Shown here piece by piece: positions 11,841-26,200 of a stretch of 64,000 nucleotides of DNA. The position numbers and the translations under genes are program-made. The notes beneath the pieces are model-generated. The model saw only the letters and a program-made list of their open reading frames with translations. It had not been told where the DNA came from and ran no database searches. How positions within the stretch are numbered: the first letter of the stretch is position 1; each line of letters begins with the position of its first letter. This DNA comes from Eledone cirrhosa (taxonomy: Eukaryota): NCBI GenBank assembly GCA_964016885.1, contig OZ024741.1, forward strand, positions 181,474,001 to 181,538,000. The letters are read 5' to 3'.

Positions 11841-12113
11841 TATTTTCTAATTTTTTTTTATTTCTCTCCTTTGGCTACGCCAGTGCGCATTATTTCTATC
11901 TCTCTCTTCCTTGTCAGTTAATGCACTTTGGTTTGTAGTACTGTTTTTTCTTTTATCGTCTTTATTTGTGTAATTCCCCAAAAGGCACTAGTCTTGTGTC
12001 TACCTCTGTTATTTTGCCCTAATGTGCTTAGGAATGAATTGTATCAACGCAAATAGGGGAAATCGGTCAAAAGATTAACGTATACAATAGATATAGAATG
12101 ATAGAAATTGTAA

Positions 12114-12335
12114 TTCTTCTTCTTCTTCTTCTTCTTCTTCTTCTTCTTCTTCTTCTTCTTCTTCTTCTTCTTCTTCTTCTTCTTCTTCTTCTTCTTCTTC
12201 TTCTTCTTCTTCTTCTTCTTCTTCTTCTTCTTCTTCTTCTTCGTGAGAGGGTCGTAGTGGTAGAGTCTTCAGATACATCTTCCAAAGCGTCTTATCTTGA
12301 AATGCGCCGGCTGGACACCAAGTTAGACTAATCGA
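12114..12335 (-). mobile_element. RTE LINE extreme 3' end with (GAA)n tail
   Basis: Reverse complement (..gaagactctaccactacgaccctctcac-(gaa)n) aligns with the RTE 3' end at 38330-38479 (..gaggactctgcatccacgatcctctcag..(gaa)n). Confidence 0.6.
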
Positions 12336-14324
12336 GATTATAAATGTTATGCAACCTCTGGGTCTTCTGTCGGTTGACTTTGCCCTTAATATCTGTCTGT
12401 GATTCTCTCCTGGAGCGACTCACTGACCTGCGAGCTACACACTATAAATAAAGTAACGTGACTCCAAAGACCCCTGTGAGTTCAAGTCCTCAAGGTTCAT
12501 TTTTATCATCAGGTATTGATAAAATAATTACTAGTCAACAACTAGTGTGGATTCGGTACACTACTCCTCCAATCATAAGCGTATGACCTTAAACCAATGT
12601 GATATATCAACGGATTGGCAGGATCAGTAAAGCGTCGTACAAACTACTGAGACGTAGTTTGGTACAGCTCTTTACATTTTGAGTTGGAACAACTGAGATT
12701 AACGTTATCTCTTGTTCTTCCAACTTCGATATCATAAAGTACCAGTCAAGTACTGCAGTAGATATAATCAACAATATCTCTTTCATAATATACTGTCTTG
12801 TGCCTGTAGTAGAAATCAATATTATACCTATACTCTAATGGCCTTCCAATTTTCTGTCGATCACTAGAGAAATGGATTTTCACACTTATTTAGTAACTAG
12901 ATAAGTTATAAAGATATATTAGACACGAACAATTCACGAAGTACATAGGTCATTCAAGCGTAACATCACACTCTTGTCTGCTATTGTGATACTTTTAATT
13001 AGGCTACAACACCGTATATTAAATTATTTAACATGGTGGCGTATTAAATTACATTCAGGTGCATTAGTTTGATTAGACCTAAATTAACAGTAAATAACAA
13101 TTCGTCTCTAATACAACAGAGGACTTGTCGTCCAACGGTATCTTTTTCTTTCTTTTTATTTTTGTGCCTATTCAACTATTATGACTTTTCCAAAATTGAC
13201 ACAGGTTCTTTGAAACCAAACCACACATTTTAAAGGGTTCTTATTTAAATTAAAATATTTCAAAAAAATTAAGTCATGTTAAGAATATTGACCTAGTAAT
13301 GAAATAATCATTTCAGTAAATCCTTCAAAATTCGTCATTAATTAATTGATAAACAGTGTATTTAAATAGTAATACGATCATAAAAGGGTTAAACACAAAG
13401 ACCATATTACAATATGAAAATGAGAATGTTTCCTAATAACATTCATAGCTAAATGAGCAAAATGGGGTCACAGTTTTGTAATTTATGTTAGTATGGGTCT
13501 ATGTTTTTAGAAGGGTTTAAATAAATTGATGGCAATACTTATGTCTATTCCAAAGGTTTTAGTAACTTAAATAAACATCTCTCAGGATTATCATCGTGTC
13601 TCTGAGATGGATACAATAGCCTGTGAGATGGTCTAGCTTGGCTGTATACATGGCATTAATATAGTACTATATATGCGATCAGTGGCTTGCTAAAACAGGC
13701 AAGTATTGGGAAATGTCTTGCGTTATTTAGTTAAGACTTTCTATATAAGAGGTCAACTTTGCTTTTCAGACTTCCGAGGTCGATAAAATAAAGTATGACT
13801 TAAGTACTTGGGTCGATGTAATCGACTTTCTCCTTCCCCAAGATTGTTGGCCTTGTGCTAATGTTAGAAATAGTTATTTAGTAACGTTCCTTTACATTCT
13901 ACGTTCATACTTCGCCGAGGTCGACTTTGTTACCTTTAAACTTTCTAGCTCGATACAATAAGTTGAAGTTAAAAATTGGAGTGGAGGAATGCGGTGAGTT
14001 GTCAGAGTCGTTAAAATGTTGGATAGAATGCTTTGCAGTATTCCTTCAGCTCTCTCCGTTCTGAATTCAAAGCCCGCCGAGTTCAATTTTACCTTTCATC
14101 CTTTGGTATTTGATGAAAAAGTAACAGTTTAGTACTGGGGTCAATTCAATCTCACTTCTTCTCTATCACACTGTCTCCTTTTCTGGAAGAAATCAGCTGT
14201 GTTCAAACCGGGAAACGGGATGGGCTCTGGTAGATTTAATGTGTTTAAGAAACGTCTACTATTACTACGGCGTTCCTACGACTCTATCAGGAATTACGGA
14301 TCCACATATATATATTCGCCAGCA

Positions 14325-14413
<89 letters not shown>

Positions 14414-14416
14414 ACA

Positions 14417-14462
<46 letters not shown>

Positions 14463-15547
14463 TAATACACACATAGACGTGAGGGAGAAGTGTGTGAGAG
14501 AAAGTAAAAGTAACAACTCGATTGCAGTATATATTAAAATCATTGACAACCAAATTATAGATGAACTGAGTGACTTTATGATTACACGTCTCTGGAAAAA
14601 TGACATCAGAAAGGATGATTTTCTTAGTGATGTTCACTTTTAAGAAATGTATACTGCAGTGATTCCCAACTTTTTCATTACCAGGTATCCCGTTTATTTA
14701 AATGGATTTTCCCACAAACCTCAGGATTTTGAAAATTCTGTCAATTCAACAAGCTGGGAGACTCGCATTAATACCCCTGTTGAAGCTCTCCACCCAGTTA
14801 TCCAGGGACTGTTGAATGTAATTAAAAAAGGTGTACACACATATACTGTATATTAACTTATAATAAACATACATTTAGTTTCACTGCATATTAAGCTGAC
14901 ACAGTTAACTCAATATACTCATAAGAGGTAAAAGTGGCAGATACATGCATTTCATTCTTATTGATATCCATCAGCACTCGCTTGCTTACATGTTGAAGTA
15001 TGAAAGACAATATTGTCTTATAGTGTTTGTAAACTAACTCTTCTTGGTGAAGGTTTATTTACATATCATAGTGGAAGGTTGACTGGCTAGTAGTATTAAT
15101 TAACGCTAGCACTAACACAGCCTGAGTCAAAATATAGATGTGAACGCATATACAATATGTTTACGTATAATAAACACTCATTTTGTCACACTGAGAGTAT
15201 TTTTAGACGAGATTACTTTTGTTTAATTCATTTGTCAGATTCTATAAATTTATGCAACGGCCATCTTAAAAGTGTCTCAAGAAAGTGCTGCTTGGCCGCG
15301 TAGATAAAAAATATGTAGTTTATGAGTTTGTATGAGATTTTATCCGAATGACAGGAAGTTCAACTGAGAGAAGAAAAATACGTTTCTCTCTTTCTCAGAT
15401 AATGTGCCGCTCCCGAAATTTCAATTTAGATTACCCTTCTTGCTACATAAAATCTTACCAACTGAAGAGATGTTTACTAAGCATACGTAGTACTTAAGCC
15501 ACAGAATATATAAACTGTTTTATCAAATCTTAACAAGAGGCTTTTTA

Positions 15548-15624
<77 letters not shown>
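15548..15624. repeat. (TATC)n / GATA microsatellite, 5' flank of Tx1-like copy 1
   Basis: Pure tetranucleotide repeat abutting the element. Confidence 0.95.
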
Positions 15625-15625
<1 letters not shown>

Positions 15626-15707
15626 CACCCCTTCCTGGGGTAAAATTTTCGTTTTGAAAAAAATTTCGCCGGTGAAAAAAAGTGTAAACAAACCTTGCAT
15701 TCAGTCA

Positions 15708-17574
15708 TGAACGCTGCGTTTATAACTAGAAGTGGTGGAGAGTCGGTAAGAGTGTTAAGCTCGCAGTCACCTCCTCTCACTACCTCATTGAAAGACATCG
15801 AAAATGTCGTCAGTTTTGAAAACACGATGTCGGACGTTGATTGTAACATCAACACTAACACAAACACCAATAACATGCAAAATATAAACAACACCAACCA
15901 GAACAACAACAACAACAACAATAATGACAACAAGAACAACAATGACAACAAGAACAACAACAGCAACAATGATAACAACAACACCACCACCAACAACAAC
16001 AGCAACACGAACAACTCGACGAACAAGGAAAAGATTTCTTTTGCTCAAACCGTCCAAAAGACGGAACTGTTCACATACCTTGACATTTCCAATGCTAGGG
16101 AAATGTTAAGCGATGCAAAACAGTACGTAACTTTTGGTGAGAGTGGTGCTTTCAGCATCACTTCTCCTCAACAGTTACGCAGAGAAACTGTTCTAAAAAC
16201 AGTAATTTTTAGGACGGTTTCAAATGTGTCGAAAAAACCAGTTCAGTTATCCAAAAACGATATTGAACTGGTTCTGAAGAATTCCATGAAGGATATTGCC
16301 TTCATCCAAAAAGGAAAACTTTTTGGAAGCATTTCGGTGTTGTTGAAAGACCAATTGACAGCACAAAAATATTCTGTATCGCCGATTGTGTCCCCCCTTT
16401 ACACCTTTTTCCCCACATATATGGGAAAAAGAACTCAAAAAATAAAAATTTTGAACATAGCACCAAATGTAAACATCTGGTGGATTCTAACTGGCTTCAT
16501 CGATTTCGACGAAGATACCATCATATCGGTGGGAAAGTCCTCCAGAGGCACATTCAATGGTACAAGCATGGAAGTTCTGGTCCAAATGAGGCCAGAACGG
16601 ATAGCTAAAATACCCCAACGTGTGCCTCTGGATGGAATTTCACACAAACATTTCTGTTGAGGGTAGGCGGCCTTCATGTTACCACTGTTTAAGCAGTGGT
16701 CACCTGAAGGCTTACTGTCCTCAGTTAACTAAAATAAAAAAAGAGGCACTACTACCAACACCCAAAACAACAACACAACCACCACCACCACCACAACAAC
16801 AACAACAACACGCAAACACAACCAAAACAAGAACAACAAACCTACCTGCAAGCACAGTCTCACCCAACCCCACTCCACCTAAAACCACTGCAAAAACACC
16901 CACAAACACAACAGCTCCCGAAAACATACCCTTCCAAATAACACAGACACCACAACGGACGAGGCGCCCACATCATCACCAAGTGATGAAAAGAAAGAAG
17001 AAAAGACACCACAAGAACAAAAAAACAACAAACATCACTACAAACATACAACCACCAACACAAACAACACAAACATTACAAACAAAACCCCCCCGTCCCG
17101 AAAACAAAACCACGACATCACTCCAAACACAAACACCTACAACAAAACGAAAGCTCCCACAAGAACAACAGATAAAAACCACCGCAACACAACAAGAACA
17201 TTACACACACATAAACAGTCAAAACAAAACTTTAATGGAGGTCATCTCCAACGACCCTTCGGTTTTCACCGAAGGGAAAACTTTTTCGAACTGTGTAGAC
17301 AAACCTAATTTAAAGATGATTAGGGTCCCTACGGACACCTATAAGTCTTTAAAGGAAAACTTTCCTAAGGACGTGGGTAATCCTTGTGTTAAACCCATTA
17401 ACCGCGTCCTTTTAAAAAGTTTCCCCACCCTCACCCCAGACACACCTACCCCAGACACCCCACCCCACCAAACATCTCCGTCCTCACCCCGCCGGAAACC
17501 ACCACCCACCCAGACAACTCCTCTAACACCCCCATGGACACATGCGGCCTGATCCCCGGGAGACGAAGAGGTGA
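15708..17574 (+). pseudogene. ORF1 (Asn-rich N-terminus, RRM-like region, zinc knuckle, Thr/Pro-rich linker), frameshifted
   Basis: CYHCLSSGHLKAYC; FFPTYMGKRT motif shared with the other copies; ends DPRETKR*. Confidence 0.8.
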
Positions 17575-17608
17575 GTGTTTTTTTCTCTTTTAACTTTTCA
17601 GAACCAAC

Positions 17609-20600
17609 ATGGTCAATATAAGAGTTGGGTGTGTAAATGTACGCGGCCTGGGGATGCCCTGGAAACAGGGCAAACTCTTAAACGACCTCAGGTCGCACAG
17701 TATGGATGTAGTAGCCATTTACGAGTCCAGGATCCACAGCGAGCGACAGCTGGCCCCCATCTACGCATCTCTCTGTCAGCCGAGGGGGTGGGTGCAGGCT
17801 TGCCGTTTTGCTGCGGAAACACCTGGGGCTCGTAACACAGACGGTACATATGGACCCGGAGGGTCGACTGGTGGTCCTAGACGTTGACGGTAGTGAAGGT
17901 GGAGCCTTCAGGCTGGTGGCCGCATATGCCCCATTCGGGACACCGCGGCCAGACTTCTTCAAACGTCTAGAGACTTTTCTGGGAACGTCCCGATCCTTGC
18001 TTTTAGTGGGGGACTGGAATGGATTCCTAGATGCACGTTGGGACTATGTGGGAGCATGTCCCGATAAAGGGGGTTGTAACATCCTCAAACAGTTAATCGG
18101 TCGATTTGACCTGGCCGATAGATATCGACTAGATTTTCCGACCTATGCCACTGTGGACGTGGAGTAATCGTAGCGGAACATCTAGATCGTATCTAGATAG
18201 GGTTCTAGTTAGAAATAATGATAGGGACATGTTAAGCTGTCCACAAATGTTCATGGTTGCTTATTCAGACCACAAACTTGATAGAACCTGCATGGTCAAA
18301 CTTGATAGAACCCAGAGACAAGGACCCGGCTACTGGAAGCTGAACTTGTCGTTACCGACATGCAAAGCCTACAGTAGACGGATTAGCACTTTAGTTAAAC
18401 AGCACTTGACAGGGGCCATTGTCAACAACAGATGGTGGTACTCTCTCAAGAGGGCACTTAGATTAGACTCGTTAGTTTTTAGTAAAGAATTAGCATTAGA
18501 TAGAAATAGAACCGAGAAAGAACTGGTAGATAAAGTAGAAGAGGCAATTAAAAGTGGCAACGTAGCCAGCGTGCTAGCAACGAGAACGGCCTTGGACCAG
18601 TTCTTCGACGCAAAGCATGAGGGCTGCGTTGTCAGAAGCAAAATACGTGCTCTGGGAAACGAGGGAGCCAAAGCTGTTAGCTGGGCCAGAGTGACGGAGG
18701 CAAAAAGTCCACGATTCAGTCTTTGAAGGACCAAAACGGACGCGTGATACGTGAGCCGAAGCAGATGTGTGCGGCCTTTCAGCGGCATTTTGCTCAGCTG
18801 TTCGGGCAGGGCGGCGCGCCGGGAGAGGCTATGGATTTCGGTCCATACCTCGACGGCCTACTGCCACTCTCGGACAGCGAGACAAAGTTCTGCGAAAAGC
18901 CGATTTCAGCCGCTGAGATAGGGGTCGCGTTGAGCCAATGCGGCAAATGCAAATCTCCAGGTCTCGACGGTCTACCCTACGAATTTTACGTAGCAATGCC
19001 CGACTTATTATCCGGTTTCCTGGAAGCGGTCTACTGCAACTGGCAATAGAACGGGAGAATTCCCATTTCCGTGACCAGGGGCGTAGTCACACTAGTCAGG
19101 AAGGACGAGAATAAGGGGGATGACATAGGAAACTTCCGGCCCATAACTCTGCTAAACACAGAGTTACAGATTTTGGCCAAGGTGTTGGGAAAGAGGCTGG
19201 CGCTTGTCGTCGGGAACCTGGTGGGAGAAGCGCAGACATGTGCAATCCCGACCAGGTCAATACACGACAACCTCCACCTCATGCGATACATCGTAGAGAG
19301 GGTAGGGTGTAAACCCGGCTTCGGTGGGGCCCTGATCAACTTGGATCAGTCTAAGGCTTTCGATAGGGTTGAACATCGTTACCTGGATGCGGTGCTCGAG
19401 GCGGCAGGCTTCGGACCCGTGTTCAGGGGCTGGATTGCTGCAATGCATAACAGCAACATCTGCACAAGGGTTAAGGTGAACGGCTACCTCTCGGAGCCCT
19501 TCCATATCGCGCGATCCATTCGACAGGATGCACTCTCTCCTACCTTCTGTACGTATTGACTCTCGAGCCACTACTGCGGAAGTTGGAGCTATTGCAGGGC
19601 ATCCCTCTGGAACCGGGACTGCGGAAAGCGGCGTCGGCCTACGCCGACGACGTGACAGTAATGGTGTCGAGAGCCTCGCAAATCGAGGAAGTCGGCACCT
19701 TACTGAAGGAATACGAAAGGTTCACAGGAGCGAAGCTGAACCGGGACAAGTCCATCGGTTTGCAACTCGGATCGTGGAGAGGCAGACCGATGCCTTCCGA
19801 TGGCGTCGTCGGACGCTGGACGGAAGGACCAGTAAAGCTGCTCGGGGTCTGGTTTGGTCCGGACCTCCAGGTGGAGAAGAACTGGAACGAGGTGTCGGCC
19901 AAGGTGTTTGCACTCACCCAGAAGTGGGCCGACTGCAAACTATCCTTGAAAGGTCGAGCGGAGGTGGCGAACACTTTTATAGCGTCCGCCATCTACTACT
20001 GCTTGACCGTCGTGCCTTGTCCAGCCAAAACGCTCGCCAAAATGGAGCGCGCGCTCTTCCAATTCCTTTGGAAGAGGCGGGCTTCTATGGTGAGAAGATC
20101 CGTCTGCTGCCAACGCCCTGGGTAAAGCAAGACCGGGTAAAGCAGTCCTGGGTAAAGCAAAGACCGAGGAAAATGGGCGACTGGCACATCGAATGTGCTC
20201 AGGCGCTCACAGCCCTCTGGCAGGCGGACCCGGCAATCAGTGGAGACTCCACTTCGTCATTCTATAGAGGGTTGTCCGCAACAAGTGCGACGACGTGCTC
20301 GGTGAAACTCTCGGCGTAGAGGAAGACGAACTGGCCAGTCTGTTCGGTAGGACCTTCCGCCCGGGACCGATGGACAACTTCCAAAAGTCCCTGGCCTGGC
20401 AGTGCTACCGAGGAGCTCTACCAGTTCGAGACAATCTCTACAGACATGGGCGCCCGGGCAGGGACCCTGCAAAAAAGATCTGTCCAAGGTGCGTGCGAGA
20501 CGAAGTAATCATCGCGCACGCATTCATACATTGCCCGGGCGTCACCGACCTGTGGGGCTATGTAGAATGACTATTGTCGCGGGTGAGCCCAATCCGGTTG

Positions 20601-20951
20601 ACCACGGAGTCCATTGTCATGATCAAACCGCCACCCTCCTTCAGAAACGAAGGAGAGGCGGTTTTCCTTTGTGTGATAGCTATGGCGAAAGAGGTTGTGT
20701 GGTGGACAAGGTTGAAAGGGCTGAGATCAGACACCTTTCTCTCCGGCCAACAACTGATTCTTTTTTTCAAATACCATTTTGGAAGAAGAATCAGGATGGA
20801 GAGAGAGGTGCTGTACCCAAGCAAGTTTTATGAAAGGTGGGTGAAAGTGGCGAGAATGGCCCGAGTGAATGGGCCTTCTCTCTGTATCAGCCTGTGGGTT
20901 GAGGAAAAGGAGGAGGAGAGGAAAGGAGTACAAACTCTTCGTACTCCTTGA
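17609..20951 (+). pseudogene. ORF2 (APE endonuclease + reverse transcriptase), multiple frameshifts
   Basis: NVRGL, GDWN, YLDR, SDHK (APE); SPGLDGLP, FRPITLLN, LDQSKAFDRV, AYADD (RT). Confidence 0.9.
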
Positions 20952-21130
20952 GATGAGGGCTGCACATTTTTTCGGGGGTATGTGTTACCCATATGAACTG
21001 TCTCCCCCTATTGGGGAAAATCGACTAATTTTAAATTGCATTTGTGATAATATTTTACACGTTTTTATTATATGTAAACTCCCCCTTTTATTTGCCCCTT
21101 CTTTTGGTCACTGTGGCTAATAATGAAACA

Positions 21131-21214
<84 letters not shown>

Positions 21215-21434
21215 CTACGATGGACACATGTGCTGAGCTCGCTCGGTAAGTTTCGTTTAAATTTATCTGGAAATTGTGAACTGTAAACTTTCATTTTCGT
21301 ACCATTTTGTAGAGGGACTGCCAGGTCAAATTTTGATCTGGTCAGTCTCTCAAAATATTCTACGCCTTTAGGCGAAATAGTGTTGTAAACATTTTATCTT
21401 TCGAAAAATTTCGAAAAATCCTATTTTGAGAAAA

Positions 21435-23271
21435 ATGGCTGAAGCATCTTCACCAACAGTCAAAGGAAGAAAAGGGAAATCATACTCACAGCTTCCCCCT
21501 GCCACTGTCACAGCAGCAGATTCCAAAGGCAGAGGTCAGCCAGAGGAAGAATTTTCGTCACCTGTTGACCGACAACTTGATGTAGCCACAACTATACAAG
21601 AAACTGAAAACAACAACAACAACGACAACAACAGCAACAATAAAGACAACAAAAACAACAACAACACAAACGTCACAAGTATCCACACACCAAACGAGAA
21701 AGACAACAACAACAAAGATGAAAACAACTCAAACGACGAGAAACAAAACAATACAAACACCAACAACGAAAACAAAATATCTTTTGCACAAACGGCTAAA
21801 TTATCAGTCACTTATGTGCTTGAAGATATTTCAAAAGCCAAAGAAATGCTGGAAAAAGCCAAAAAATATGTATCTTTTGGCGAAAGCAGTTCGTTTTCTA
21901 TAAATTCACCTCCAGAACTAAAAAAACAGACGGAATTACGAACTGTCGTATTCCGTACAATTTTAAATAAAACAAAAAAACCAGCACAACCATCTCAAGC
22001 TGAAATTCAGTTAGTACTGAAAGAAGCGATGAAAGACATCACTTTCATACAAAAGGATAAAGTCTATGGGAGTTTATCCATATTGATGAAAGACGAATTG
22101 GCGGCGAAAAAATACTCTGTGTCGCCAATTCGTTCCACACACTACACCTTCTTCCCCACCTACATCGATAAAAAAACCCCAGAGAATATGGATAAGCAAT
22201 ATCACCCCAAACATAAACTACTCGTGGTTACTAACCGGTTTCCTCAATTTAGACGAGGACAACCTCATTTCAATAGGGAAGGCATCCGGCGACGCGTTCA
22301 GTGGAACGAGTATCGAAGTTCTGACACAAATAAGGCCAGAACGTATCGCCCAAATCCTTGAGCGCGTCATGCTGGATGACCGTACCCACCTCAACATTAT
22401 TGTGGAGGGTAGGCGTCCCTCCTGTTACCTCTGTGGCAATAGATGTCACCCGAGGGCTGCCTGTCCCCAGCCCGCACAGAAAAAAAACACTGCTTCCAAC
22501 ACCAACACCACCCCAACAACAACAACAAAACAACAACACCAAAAACCAACAACACCACCACCACCACCACCACCACCACCACCACAACAACAAAAAACAC
22601 GTGAAAAAACAACACAGAATACTGTCCCACCCAACCCCTCCCCACCCAAAACAAATACAAAAACACACACACCGCAAACACTACCAGAAAACATACCCCT
22701 CCCACCCAACAAGGAAGACGAACCCCTTTCGTCGCAAGACGAAAAAGATCCCTTCCAAACAGTAAAAAGAAAGAAGAGGAGGCGCACCACAGACACACTT
22801 GTTAACTTTAACCCTCCCCAAGAGAACACAAACTATATACAAACCACCCCTCCTCGTCACACAACACTAACTGCTACACAAAAAAAGACTTTACAATATA
22901 CATACATGAACACAGACAACAAAGAACTACTGAAAACAATTTCATCAAACCCTTCGGTCCAAACTGAAGAGCCTAACTTTATAACTGCTGTGGGACTACC
23001 TCATTTAAAAATGATTAAAGTCCCAATGAACTTTTATAAAACACTGAAAATAGATTTCACGGAGGACGTGGGCCCCCCCCTGCGCCAAACCAATCAACCG
23101 CGTCCTCCTAAAAAGTCCCCACCCCACCCAGACATCCACTCAACCACAAACACCCCAACCTCACAACACACTGATGCCCCTTCACTTCCACAAACCACCA
23201 CCCCACCCAACAACCCATCCCCAACCAGCATGGAAATTGAGCGGCCCGCTTCCCGGGACGCAGAGAGGTAG
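21435..23271 (+). pseudogene. ORF1, frameshifted near 22175
   Basis: MAEASSPT..., Asn-rich tract, CYLCGNRCHPRAAC knuckle. Confidence 0.8.
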
Positions 23272-23295
23272 GTGCCTTTTCTCCTTACCACCAAC

Positions 23296-26200
23296 ATGGC
23301 TGTGCTAAGAATAGGGTGTCTAAATGCGCGTGGCCTGGGCTCATCTTGGAAGCAAGCAATGCTTCTAAATGACCTCAGGTCACGATCTATAAATGTGATG
23401 GTTATCTGCGAGGCCCGGATCAGCAGCATGCGACAGCTAGCCTCCACCTTTGACGACTTTGAGATGCACGCATCTCTCTGTCAGCCCGGAGGTGGGGGTG
23501 GGGTTGTCGTTCTGCTGCAAAAACATCTGGGTCTTGCCACACAGATAGTTCACTTGGACCCAGGGGGTCGACTGGTGGTGCTGGACCTTGGCAGTGGCGA
23601 AGGTGGAGCCTTTAGGCTGGTAGCCGCATATGCCCCTTTTGGGACAGAGCGGCTCGAATATTTCCAGCGTCTGGAGTCTTTTCTAGGGACGTCCCGTTCC
23701 CTGCTTTTAGTGGGGGACTAGAATGGTATCCTGAATGCACGTTGGGACTATGCAGGGGCATGTCCCGATAGAGAGCGGTGCAACAGCCTCAAGGGGTTAC
23801 TCGGCCGATTTGACCTGACCGATAGATTTCGATTAGATTTTCCGACGCTGCCAACCTGGTCTTGGTCAAATCGCAGCGGATCATCTAGGTCGTACCTAGA
23901 TAGGTTTTTAGTTAGAAATAAGGACAGGGACTTTTTAAGTTGTCCAGTAATGCTCATGGTTGGCTATTCAGACCACAAGTTGGTGACCTGCATGGTCAAC
24001 CTTGATAGAACGCATAGACAGGGCCCCGGTTACTGGAAGCTCAACTTGTCCTTGCCGGCAAGTAGAGCTTACAGGGATCGGATTAGTACGTTAGTTAAGG
24101 AACGGTTGACTGGAGCGATCGTCAACAGCAGGTGGTGGGTATCTCTAAAGAGAGAGATTAGAGTAGTTTCGATAGAATTTAGTAAGGTTCTAGCTGCGGA
24201 TAGGAATAGCAAGGAAAGGGAGCTAATAGATAGAGTAGAAGAGACAATTAGAAGCGGCGACGTGGCCAGAGTGCTAGCGTCGAGAACGGCTTTGAGCCAG
24301 TTTTTCGACGCGAAGCACGAAGGCTGCGTTGTCCGAAGTAAAATACGTGCTCTAGGGAACGAGGGGACCAAAGCTGTTGGCTGGGCCCGCGTGACAGAGG
24401 CCAACAGTGGAACTAAATCCACCATCCGGTCTTTGCGAGACCAGGATGGACGGGCGATTCTTGAGCCTAAGCAGATGTGTGAGGCCTTTCAAAGGCACTT
24501 TGCCCGACTGTTCGTAGGGGGCGGGGAGCCGGTTGGGGATGTGGACTTCGGTCCATACCTCGACGGCCTGCCGCGTCTCTCGGACAGGGAGGCGAAGTCC
24601 TGCGAGGAGCCGATTTCGGCCGCTGAGATAGAGGACGTGCTGAGCCAATGCGGCAAACGCAAATCCCCGGGTCTCGATGGTCTTCCATACGAATTATATC
24701 TAGCTATGCCGGACTTGTTCCCCGATCTCCTCGAGGCGGTCTACTGCAACTGGCAACAGAACGGGAGAATTCCCTGTACTGTGACCAAGGGCGTATTCAC
24801 GTTTGTGAGGAAGGACGAGAACAAGGGGGACGAAATAAGTAACTTCATGCCCATAACTCTGCTAAATACAGAGTTACAGATTTTGGCCAAGGTGCTAGCA
24901 AAGAGGTTGGCGCTTGTCGTGGGCAACCTGGTGGGAGATGCGCAGACACGTGCTATCCCGTCCAGGTCCATCCATGACAACCTCCACCTCATGCGATACA
25001 TCATAGAGAGGGTTGGGAACGAACCCGGCTTTGGTGGGGCTCTGATCAACTTGGATCAATCTAAGGCACTCGATAGGGTTGACCATGGTTACCTGGATGC
25101 GGTGCTAGAGGCGGCAGGCTTCGGACCCGTTTTCAGGGGCTGGATCACTGCTATGCACAGCAGCCGCATCTGCTCTAGGGTCAAGGTGAACGGCTACCTC
25201 TCGGAGCCGTTCAAAATTGCTCGGTCCATCCGACAAGGGTGCCCTCTCTCCTCCCTTCTCTATGTGTTGACTCTCGAGCCACTACTGCGGAAGTTGGAGT
25301 TGTTGCAGGGCATCCCTTTGGAACTGGGATTGCGGAAAGCGGTGTCGGCCTACGCCGATGACGTGACCGTAATGGTGTCGACGGCCTCCGAAATCGGGAC
25401 GGTCGGCACCTTACTGGAGGAGTACGAAAGGTTCACAGGGGCTAAGCTGAACCGGGACAAGTCGATCGGTTTGCAACTCTGCACGTGGAGGAGCAGACCG
25501 ATGCCCTCCGATGGCGTCGTCGGACGCTGGACGGAGGGGCCGGTGAAGTTGCTCGGGGTCTGGTTCGGACCAGACCTCCAGGTGGAGAAGAACTGGGCGG
25601 AGGTTACGAACAGGGTGTTTGCACTGACCCAGAAGTGGGCCAGTTGCAAACTATCCCTGAAAGGTCGGGCGGAGGTGGTGAACACCTATATAGCGTCCGT
25701 CATCTACTACCGCCTGACCGTAGTGCCTTGTCCAAGAGAAACCCTCGCCAAGATGGAGCGCGCGCTCTTCCAATTCCTTTGGAAGAGGCGGGCTCCCTTA
25801 GTGAGGAGATCCATCTGCTGTCAACACCCTTCGAAAGGAGGGCTGGGGATGCCGTGGCTAATGATGCGTAAACACGCATTAAGGCTATGGCACCTCCACG
25901 TATTCCTCACCGGTCAACCGGTGTGGGCCTCGTTTGTGAGACGAACCTTTCCCAGACTCGTCTCACTCACCGAGCTGCAATCCTGGGTCAAGCAAAGACC
26001 GAGAAATCTGGGCGCCTGGCACACTGAGTGTGCCCAGGCGCTCACCACCCTCTGGCAGGCGGATCCGGTTATCAGTGGAGACTCCACCGCAACATTCTAT
26101 AGAGGGCTGGTACGCAGCAGGTGCGACGACGCCATTGGAGAAGCCCTAGGCATGGAGGAAGACGAACTGGCCAACCTGTTCGGTAGGACATTCAGCCCGG

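Larger units (their letters stand above)
15625..21130 (+). mobile_element. Tx1/L1-clade non-LTR retrotransposon, copy 1 (near full length, disrupted)
   Basis: ORF1 with CCHC knuckle; ORF2 with APE endonuclease, RT (YADD) and C-terminal CPRC..H..C; 3' end tgtggctaataatgaaaca followed by (TATC)n. Confidence 0.92.
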
